Assembly (NCBI GenBank): GCA_014361295.1
Contig: JACIVX010000001.1
Coordinates: 1,522,359 to 1,586,358, forward strand
Length of the DNA: 64,000 nt
Reading direction: 5' to 3'
Source: Methanomassiliicoccales archaeon
GTDB lineage: Archaea > Thermoplasmatota > Thermoplasmata > Methanomassiliicoccales > JACIVX01
Position 1 is the stretch's first letter. Each line of letters opens with the position of its first letter. The translations under genes and the position numbers were made by a program. The notes under the pieces are model-generated. The model made no database searches. It was given only the letters and a program-made list of their open reading frames with translations, and was not told where the DNA came from. This document shows positions 56,813-64,000 of this stretch, piece after piece.

Positions 56813-59794
56813 TTGTCGGGTAAACCAGTCGCGGTCATCGGGGGTGGCATTTCCGGCGTTCAGGCCGCACTTGATGTCGCGAATGCTGGGGTACGAGTGT
56901 TGTTGATCGAAAAAGGTCCTGCACTCGGCGGTCATATGGCCAAACTCGACAAAACTTTCCCAACGAACGACTGTTCCGCCTGCATTCTTTCTCCGAAATT
57001 GGTCGAGGCGAGCAGACATCCGCTGATTACAATCATGACGATGTCGGAGGTGATCGCCTTAGATGGTGAAGCACCAAATTTTAAATTGACGATACGCAAA
57101 GCGCCTCGATATGTGCGTGAGGATCGATGCGTGGCATGCGGGATCTGTGCAGAAAAATGTCCCGTAAAAGTACCAAATGAATTCGACGAAGGTCTTGGCG
57201 AAAGAAAGGCGATTTATCTTCCTTACCCACAGGCCGTCCCCTTCAAGTACCTTATTGATTCGTCGCACTGTCTCTTCTTAAACAAAGAGAGATGTGGCGT
57301 TTGCAGTAAAGTTTGTCCTGCAAATGCGGTCGATTTTGATGCGAAGCCGGTGACTGAGGTGCTGGAGGTCTCATCAATCATTGTTGCTGCTGGTTTTGAG
57401 CTCTTAAACCCTTGCAAGCTTCTTCCTTTGCAAGGCTTACAACATCCCCGCATACTCACGTCGCTTGAGTTCGAACGTCTTCTTAGCGCATCGGGGCCGA
57501 CGGGCGGGAAATTGATCATCCCGCGGATAAACACGGCGCCGAAACGCATTGTTTTCGCCCAATGTGTCGGCTCGAGGGATTCGAGATTTCGCCCTTATTG
57601 CTCAAGATTTTGCTGTATGACCTCCATTAAACAGGGACTTGTTGCGCTCGAGCACGAACCGTCGATCGAGGACATCTGGATTTGCCATATGGGTCTTCGA
57701 ACTTACGGTAAGGGATTTGATCGCTATCTGGCAAGGGCAAGAAAAGAGGGCATCAAATTCGTTAAGGGAAAGGTTGCGGAGATTCTGGAAGATGGCGAGA
57801 GGCTTCAAGTCAGAGTCGAGGATGTGAGAACTGGAATGATTGAGTTACTTGAGGCCGACATGGTCGTCCTCGCCATCGCAGCATCTCCGCCAAAGGGACT
57901 TTCAGATCTCGCGAAGGTCCTTGGCATCAAAATCGCCAGGGACGGCTTTATCGCAACCGAGAAACCGTTTTCTGTCAAAACGACAAGGGAAGGCATTTTC
58001 GCGGCGGGATGTTGCACAGGTCCGAAGGATATCTCAGACAGTGTCGCCACAGCGTCTGCTGCTGCATCCCATGCCCTTATGGTCTCACAAGAATTAAGGA
58101 AGTTGGAGAGCGGAACAGCGGAAAAAAGTATCGCTGGAGAAAAGAAAATCGAATCTCCGAAATCAGAAGAATCTAGAATTGGCGTCTTCGTCTGCAGATG
58201 CGGCACAAATATCGCGTCAGTCGTTGATATCGGGAAAGTCGTTGAAGCTGTGAGGAGAATCCCTGGCGTTGTATATGTTGGTGAGCATCTTTTCATGTGT
58301 TCTGACAGCGCTTTGACGATGCTGTCAGAAATGATTCGGCAGGAGAGGCTCAACAGAATCGTCGTCGCGTCATGCACACCACGGACGCATGAATCGCTGT
58401 TCCGCGCGACGATCGAAAAAGGCGGGCTTAATCCATACCTTTTCGAAATGGTCAATATCAGGGAACACTGCGCGTGGGTTCATCGGTATGAACGCGACCA
58501 GGCGACGAGAAAAGCGATCGCGTTGATCAAGGCTGCGATTGCTAAGGCATCGCTGCTTGAGCCGCTGGAGCCTGGTGCAATCGAAGTGACAAATCGGGCG
58601 CTGATCGTTGGGGGAGGACCCGCTGGTCTGAAGGCCGCATCGGATCTCCTGCGGCAGGGATTCGACGTAGTGATTGTGGAAAAATCCAACAAACTCGGCG
58701 GTTCACTACTTTCGATCGAAAATCTCGATATCGATTTTGACGATAGCGAAGCGCTTCGAGCGCTTCTTTCACTGGTCGATGAAGAGAGGCTCACGGTATG
58801 GACGAACTGTACCATTAAGGCAGTTAACGGTGCGGTCGGTGATTTCAGCATCGTCCTATCTAATGGCGCTGAGATTCACGCCGGTGTGATCATTCTGGCG
58901 CCTGGTGCATCACTTCGATGCAATGGCCAGAAAATCATCAGGGATTCAATCACAAGTGTGGAACTCGATCAAAAAATTAAACAGAATGATGTACTCCCAG
59001 AACATATCACATTCATCCAATGTCTCGGTGCAAGAAATGAAAAACGCGGTTGCTCGAGATTCTGTTGTTATAAAACTCTGCTCCAAGCAATCGAATTACG
59101 TAGGCAGGGAAAGGAAGTCAACATTTTATACACCGACCTTATGTTTTACGAACGGGGCGCGGAGGAATTATATTATGAGGCATGCCTCGAAGGCGTGCGC
59201 TTTTTTGAATATGACAAGATCATTGAGTTTCAAAATAACCGTCTCGTTTTTAACTCCGTTCTTGACGGGCTGATTTCATTGGAAACGGATCTCGTTGTTG
59301 AAGTTGATATTCTTGTCCCCGGTGATTCGATCGCGGATCTCCGCACAATTTTGAAGGTTCCGACAGACGAAGAGGGATTTTTTCTGGAAAAACATCCAAA
59401 ACTCGCTCCAGTTGAATTTGCAACCGAAGGAATCTTCGTTGCCGGTTGTGCCCAATACCCGAAGAATCTCGGCGAAGCGATGATCCAGGGTTCCGCGGTC
59501 GCGGCGAAAGCCGCTGCCATACTCTCGAAAAAGAAAATTCTGACGTCTCCGATGATCTGTGTTGTAGATGAGAATAGATGCAGGGGATGTGGTGAGTGCG
59601 AAGCAATCTGCAAATTCGGGGCCGCCCGACTGATCACCGAAGGGTCGATTAGAAAATCAAAAATCAACGGGACGATTTGCAAAGGCTGTGGCACATGCGC
59701 AGCTTCCTGCCCCACCAACGCAATTGATGTCAAGGGTTTTTCGCACGATCATATGAAAAGGATGATCACCGCATTGCTAGGAGGATGCGAATGA
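56813..59794 (+). CDS. hdrA: HdrA-like flavoprotein, enlarged (two FAD/TrxR-like modules, 993 aa)
   Basis: Module 1: VAVIGGGISGVQAALD, DCSACILSP, an inserted 2x CxxCxxCxxxCP and CVGSRD...YCSRFCC. Then an HdrA N-domain-like segment (VFVCRCGTNIA...NIREHCAWVH). Module 2: LIVGGGPAGLKAA and CLGARNE..GCSRFCC, with a C-terminal 2x[4Fe-4S] ferredoxin. Confidence 0.8.
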   Translation: MSGKPVAVIGGGISGVQAALDVANAGVRVLLIEKGPALGGHMAKLDKTFPTNDCSACILSPKLVEASRHPLITIMTMSEVIALDGEAPNFKLTIRKAPRYVREDRCVACGICAEKCPVKVPNEFDEGLGERKAIYLPYPQAVPFKYLIDSSHCLFLNKERCGVCSKVCPANAVDFDAKPVTEVLEVSSIIVAAGFELLNPCKLLPLQGLQHPRILTSLEFERLLSASGPTGGKLIIPRINTAPKRIVFAQCVGSRDSRFRPYCSRFCCMTSIKQGLVALEHEPSIEDIWICHMGLRTYGKGFDRYLARARKEGIKFVKGKVAEILEDGERLQVRVEDVRTGMIELLEADMVVLAIAASPPKGLSDLAKVLGIKIARDGFIATEKPFSVKTTREGIFAAGCCTGPKDISDSVATASAAASHALMVSQELRKLESGTAEKSIAGEKKIESPKSEESRIGVFVCRCGTNIASVVDIGKVVEAVRRIPGVVYVGEHLFMCSDSALTMLSEMIRQERLNRIVVASCTPRTHESLFRATIEKGGLNPYLFEMVNIREHCAWVHRYERDQATRKAIALIKAAIAKASLLEPLEPGAIEVTNRALIVGGGPAGLKAASDLLRQGFDVVIVEKSNKLGGSLLSIENLDIDFDDSEALRALLSLVDEERLTVWTNCTIKAVNGAVGDFSIVLSNGAEIHAGVIILAPGASLRCNGQKIIRDSITSVELDQKIKQNDVLPEHITFIQCLGARNEKRGCSRFCCYKTLLQAIELRRQGKEVNILYTDLMFYERGAEELYYEACLEGVRFFEYDKIIEFQNNRLVFNSVLDGLISLETDLVVEVDILVPGDSIADLRTILKVPTDEEGFFLEKHPKLAPVEFATEGIFVAGCAQYPKNLGEAMIQGSAVAAKAAAILSKKKILTSPMICVVDENRCRGCGECEAICKFGAARLITEGSIRKSKINGTICKGCGTCAASCPTNAIDVKGFSHDHMKRMITALLGGCE

Positions 59795-60213
59795 CCTGGC
59801 TTCCAAAAATCATCGCATTCTGCTGCAATTGGTGCGCGTATGCGGGTGCGGACACAGCAGGTCTGTCGAGATTTCAATATCCTCCGAGTATCAGCATCCT
59901 CCGCGTCATGTGCACAGGTCGGATTGAACCGTCAATGATTCTCAAGTGCTTTGAGCAAGGTGCCGATGGTGTCATGGTTCTGGGATGTCATCCAGGTGAT
60001 TGTCATTACATTTCTGGCAATGAATGCGCAAGAAGCAGAATTGAAACGACCTTGGAGATTATGGAGATTCTTGGCATTGATAAAAGAAGGCTGTTATTGA
60101 AATGGATATCTGCATCTGAAGGTGCTCTTTTTGCTGAGACAGCAAAGGATTTCACAGAGACGATACGATCGCTCGGTCCTTTCAGGGGTGAATCTCAAGA
60201 TGATCAGAGATAA
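59791..60213 (+). CDS. mvhD: MvhD-type [2Fe-2S] protein (F420-non-reducing hydrogenase delta-subunit family)
   Basis: IIAFCCNWCAYAGADTAG...ILRVMCTGRIEP...GADGVMVLGCHPGDCHY. ATGA overlap with the hdrA stop. Confidence 0.85.
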   Translation: MTWLPKIIAFCCNWCAYAGADTAGLSRFQYPPSISILRVMCTGRIEPSMILKCFEQGADGVMVLGCHPGDCHYISGNECARSRIETTLEIMEILGIDKRRLLLKWISASEGALFAETAKDFTETIRSLGPFRGESQDDQR

Positions 60214-61381
60214 AATTGAAGAATATGGGATAAGACAATGTATCGATTGCGGAAAGTGTTCGTGGGCTTGTCCAGTATCCCACCGCCAAAACGATTTTTC
60301 GCCGCGAACGGTCGTTGAACATCTCCTGCTTTACGATGAGCATCTGTCAAGCAGAGAGATGTGGGATTGCGTCACGTGCGGGACATGTAGTGCTCTCTGT
60401 AACTCTCGTGTTAAATTCCATGAAATCATGAGAACGATCAGAAAACTGTCTGTCGAGCGCGCATCGCCGATGATGACCCACGGTGATACATTCGACCTCA
60501 TCGCACGCCTTTCTTCAAAGCCTTATCTCCACCCAAAAACATCGAGCTGGTTGACTTCTGATTTAAGGATAAGCAAAAACTCGAAAGTATTGTTATTCGT
60601 CGGCTGCACGCCTTATTTAAATATCATTTTCAAACACCTCAATATCGATTTCCTTCAAATCCCGAGAGCTGCGGTGAAGCTCCTTAATGCGATGGGAATC
60701 GAGCCGAATGTCTTGGAGTCGGAAAGGTGTTGTGGACACGATCAGTACTGGCTTGGGGATGACGAGTTATTTCTCCAGCTCGCCGAATTGAATTTGAAAG
60801 CGATTGGATCATCAGGCGCAGAAGAGGTCATCGCATTCTGCCCAGAGTGTTACTCGACGCTCAAGTTCGTTTATCCTCAGTTCTTCGGTCCGCTCGATTT
60901 CGAGGTCAAGAATCTGACCGCGATGATGGGCGACGCAGTTGCTGGCGGAATTCTCACTTTGAAGAAAGATAACACTTTGTCGACAACTTTTCACGATCCT
61001 TGCAGGTTAGCTAAGCATTCAAATATTATCGACGAACCGAGAAAGATCTTGCACTCGATCAGCAATTTTTTCGAAATGCCAAGGTCTGGGCATACCAGTG
61101 TGTGTTGCGGCGTCGCATCTTGGGTGAACTGTGACTCATGGACAAAATATTGGCAGCTTGAGAGAATTGAGGAGGCGAGAGCAACCGGAGCCGGAACACT
61201 CGTTACGGCCTGCCCGAAATGTCTAGCGCATCTTTCTTGCGCTCAGTATGAAAAGAACAACTATGACGAATCCTATCGCTTTGACATCGTTGATATCCAC
61301 GTGCTTGCGGCCTCCCGGATGTCGTCAAACGAGCGAGGTAAAGCGGAGCTGCAAGACTCAAAGCGAGAAAAGTTGAATTAG
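60200..61381 (+). CDS. HdrD-like Fe-S oxidoreductase (HdrC-type 2x[4Fe-4S] N-terminus + two HdrB-type CCG domains)
   Basis: CIDCGKCSWACP and CVTCGTCSALC; CCG motifs ERCCGHD with CPEC, and SVCCGVAS with CPKC. Start at Met27 of the track ORF (14-nt overlap with mvhD). Confidence 0.75.
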   Translation: MIRDKIEEYGIRQCIDCGKCSWACPVSHRQNDFSPRTVVEHLLLYDEHLSSREMWDCVTCGTCSALCNSRVKFHEIMRTIRKLSVERASPMMTHGDTFDLIARLSSKPYLHPKTSSWLTSDLRISKNSKVLLFVGCTPYLNIIFKHLNIDFLQIPRAAVKLLNAMGIEPNVLESERCCGHDQYWLGDDELFLQLAELNLKAIGSSGAEEVIAFCPECYSTLKFVYPQFFGPLDFEVKNLTAMMGDAVAGGILTLKKDNTLSTTFHDPCRLAKHSNIIDEPRKILHSISNFFEMPRSGHTSVCCGVASWVNCDSWTKYWQLERIEEARATGAGTLVTACPKCLAHLSCAQYEKNNYDESYRFDIVDIHVLAASRMSSNERGKAELQDSKREKLN

Positions 61382-61549
61382 ATTGGAATTCTCTCTCGAC
61401 TTTGATATTATGATGCCTAGGGGCTCTTTGTTCTCTCGCGCGTTGCGAGAATCGCCTTCAGCATTTGAGGCTTGGTCTTCAATAACTCTGAACATCAGAG
61501 TGTTGGTTCGTGAAGGTAAATCTCGGAGGTATGAATAGAGGGAAAAGTA

Positions 61550-64000
61550 ATGATCGGTCTCTTCATCTGTCATTGCGGAACAAATATCGCCGGTGTTGTT
61601 GACATAGAATCGCTGAAGAAACATTTCTCCTCCGAGAACACCTACGTGGTGGATCATCTTTTTCTTTGCTCGAAAGCTGGCCAGGAGATGATTATCAACG
61701 CAGCGAGGGAAAATCATCTCGAGAGGGTCGTCATCGCCGCCTGTTCGCCAAAGCATCACGGCGAGATTTTCAGGGAATGTGTTGGTCAGGTCATCAACCC
61801 CTATCTCTGGGAAATGGTCAATATCAGAGAACAATGCGCTTGGACAACGAGTGATCGAAGTCTTGCGACTGAGAAAGCGAAAGCGCTCATCCACGGTGCA
61901 ATTAAAAGGGTGAAATTTCATGAGCCGATTGCCTCCATCAGAGTGCCTCTTAAAAGGAGCGTCGCTGTGATTGGAGCGGGCATCGCGGGGATTCATGCGG
62001 CCCTCGAACTCGCGGATAAGGGCATCGATGTTGAGCTCATCGAAAAGGAACCTGTCATCGGCGGGAATATGGTTAAACTTAACCGCACTTTTCCAACGGA
62101 CGACTGCGCGATGTGTACGATCTCGCCGATTTTAAACAGGGTGTTGGCGCATCGAAAAATCAGATTGTGGACGATGACAGATGTGGAGGAGGTGCGCGGT
62201 CGGCCTGGTGAGTATCGTATTCGATTGAAAAAGAGAGCGAGATTCGTCGATTACGACAGGTGCACGGGCTGTGGCAACTGTTCGAAAGGAAATCTTGAAG
62301 CCAGGTGGCCTCCCATCACGGAACCGTATATGGTTGATCGAATTCGCATCGACCTCGAAAAATGCACCGGTTGCGGCGCTTGTGTGAAAAAATGCAGGAC
62401 GTATGCGCTCATCCAACCAGCACCGAAGGAAAAACCGAAGTATGATACCTTGAAATGTGTCGGATGCTGGGATTGCGTCAGAGCGTGTCGGTTTGGCGCC
62501 ATATCAATCATCAATGTCTGTCCTGTGGTCATTCCAAATGAATTCGATTTTGGTCTTGGTTTGAGAAAAGCAATTTACATACCGAATGCCCAATCCGTCC
62601 CTTTGAAGTATCTGCGCGACGCGGATCACTGCCTGAGATTGAAGGGATTGATGGACTGCAGGGGTTGCATCGAGGTCTGCGGACCCGGGGCAATTCTCGA
62701 TGAGGATACGGAACAGGTTTTTGAAATCACTGTAGGGGCGGTCATTGTTGCAACGGGATACAGGGAGTATGATCTGAGCGGGAGCGAGTACCGAACCGAA
62801 CATCCAAATGTCATCACGGGGTTGCAACTCGAGCGAATGCTGAGTCCCGCGGGACCGACGCAGGGCAAGTTGGTGAAGCCCAGCGATGGAACGGCGCCAA
62901 AGAGTGTGACGTTCGTACAATGCGCTGGATCGAGGGATATGAAACGAAGAGAGTACTGCTCGAAAATCTGTTGCATGTATGCGGTGAAGAATGCGAGCCT
63001 CATTAAGAGAGATCATCCCGAAATCGACGTGAAAGTCTGCTACATCGATCTTCGAGCTTCTGGCAGAGGATATGAGGAATACTTCGACAGAGCGAGGGAG
63101 ATCGGTGTTGAGTTTATACGTGGGAACGTTGGCGAGATCGTTCCAATCGGCCATCAGCTGGTCGTCAAGTGTGAAGATACCTTCCTCGGTCGGCCACGTG
63201 AGATCGTTAGTGATCTCGTTGTGCTTTCAGTTGCAATGGAACCCTCTGAAGGTACGCAGCAGATTGCGAAGATCGCTTCGCTGGTCACAGGGAAGGATGG
63301 TTTTATCGCGCCAGTTCACGTGAAAATCGCACCTGTTGACACCGCACTGTCTGGTATTTTCGTTTGTGGAACAGCCGAAGCCCCGAAGCCGATACAGGAA
63401 TGCATCACTGACGCTGGCACCGCTGCATCTCGAACTTCAAGCTTCCTAAAGGAAGATGAACTTATCGTTGATCTGATCACCGCGGTAATCGACCAGGCGC
63501 GTTGCATCCGGTGTGGAAAGTGTGCTGAGATATGTTCATATGACGCCATCAAAAAGGATGAAGGCAAATACGAAGTGATCGAAATTGCGTGCAAGGCATG
63601 CGGCAAATGTGCAGCGGACTGCCCTTCAAACGCGATCGACCTCAGATTCAACAACGATCTTCAACTGGAATCTGCAGCTGCCGGCATCATTGAATACGAT
63701 ATCGATTCGATCATCGCCTACGCATGCGAACAATGTGGATATAATGCGGCGGATCTCGCGGGTGCGGCAAAGTATCATTATTCGACAGCAATCAAAGTCG
63801 TTAAGGTGCCGTGCAGCGGAAGGATCTCGCTCGCGCAAATGTTACTTCCTTTTGAATATGGTGCGAAAGGTGTCATGATCGCCGCGTGTCTCGATGGTCA
63901 ATGTCACTTCATCGATGGAAATAGACACGCGGCTAAGAGGGTGGAGATGGCAAAGAGAGCGCTCGATTTTATGGGTATTGGCAGCCACCGACTTCAATTT
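61550..64000 (+). CDS. hdrA: HdrA::MvhD fusion protein, C-terminally truncated by window edge
   Basis: Not in the ORF track (no stop before 64000). My hand translation from ATG 61550 reads MIGLFICHCGTNIAGVVD...NIREQCAWTT...VAVIGAGIAGIHAALE...DCAMCTISP...several CxxCxxC ferredoxin motifs...CAGSRD..YCSKICC...GIFVCGTA..., ending in an MvhD-like IIAYACEQCGYNAADLAG...VPCSGRIS...AACLDGQCHF. At least 817 codons. Confidence 0.8.
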   Translation, partial: MIGLFICHCGTNIAGVVDIESLKKHFSSENTYVVDHLFLCSKAGQEMIINAARENHLERVVIAACSPKHHGEIFRECVGQVINPYLWEMVNIREQCAWTTSDRSLATEKAKALIHGAIKRVKFHEPIASIRVPLKRSVAVIGAGIAGIHAALELADKGIDVELIEKEPVIGGNMVKLNRTFPTDDCAMCTISPILNRVLAHRKIRLWTMTDVEEVRGRPGEYRIRLKKRARFVDYDRCTGCGNCSKGNLEARWPPITEPYMVDRIRIDLEKCTGCGACVKKCRTYALIQPAPKEKPKYDTLKCVGCWDCVRACRFGAISIINVCPVVIPNEFDFGLGLRKAIYIPNAQSVPLKYLRDADHCLRLKGLMDCRGCIEVCGPGAILDEDTEQVFEITVGAVIVATGYREYDLSGSEYRTEHPNVITGLQLERMLSPAGPTQGKLVKPSDGTAPKSVTFVQCAGSRDMKRREYCSKICCMYAVKNASLIKRDHPEIDVKVCYIDLRASGRGYEEYFDRAREIGVEFIRGNVGEIVPIGHQLVVKCEDTFLGRPREIVSDLVVLSVAMEPSEGTQQIAKIASLVTGKDGFIAPVHVKIAPVDTALSGIFVCGTAEAPKPIQECITDAGTAASRTSSFLKEDELIVDLITAVIDQARCIRCGKCAEICSYDAIKKDEGKYEVIEIACKACGKCAADCPSNAIDLRFNNDLQLESAAAGIIEYDIDSIIAYACEQCGYNAADLAGAAKYHYSTAIKVVKVPCSGRISLAQMLLPFEYGAKGVMIAACLDGQCHFIDGNRHAAKRVEMAKRALDFMGIGSHRLQF

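Noticed and set aside
61358-63878. Track ORFs over the last 2.6 kb (61358..61996, 62132..62416, 62251..62532, 62504..63154, 62626..63003, 63316..63654 minus; 63072..63323, 63585..63878 plus)
   Set aside because: All are antisense or off-frame relative to an uninterrupted HdrA::MvhD reading frame (61550..64000) with clear family motifs. Their own translations show no motifs.

Overview
This window looks like an archaeal chromosomal segment. Markers include aIF5A, Nop5, fibrillarin, Kae1, an Sm-like protein, ribosomal protein S15, SMC-ScpA-ScpB and three tRNAs; the two tRNA-Val genes carry BHB-type introns. Genes are densely packed on both strands, and many neighbours overlap by 1-8 nt. Most of the window is housekeeping or metabolism: SAM decarboxylase with branched-polyamine synthase, agmatinase, UDP-GlcNAc genes, NAD kinase, methionine salvage, an ABC importer and a hybrid histidine kinase. 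Four regions stand out. (1) An accessory-looking patch at about 4.6-8.7 kb lies 3' of tRNA-Val(GAC). It holds a decayed GNAT gene, a visibly GC-rich two-gene cassette of unknown function, a G12 tract and an AT-rich EVE/PUA-like gene. (2) Two tandem genes each fuse a DapA-type Schiff-base aldolase to a formaldehyde-activating-enzyme (Fae) domain. (3) A three-gene operon encodes single-domain KaiC-like ATPases; the middle one carries a zinc ribbon and a long coiled coil. (4) An hdr-type cluster contains a 993-aa double-module HdrA, MvhD, an HdrD-like CCG protein and a second HdrA::MvhD fusion. That fusion is missing from the ORF track because it runs off the right edge. I recognised no rRNA, CRISPR array, transposase or integrase. 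All family calls rest on motifs read by eye; no database search was run.
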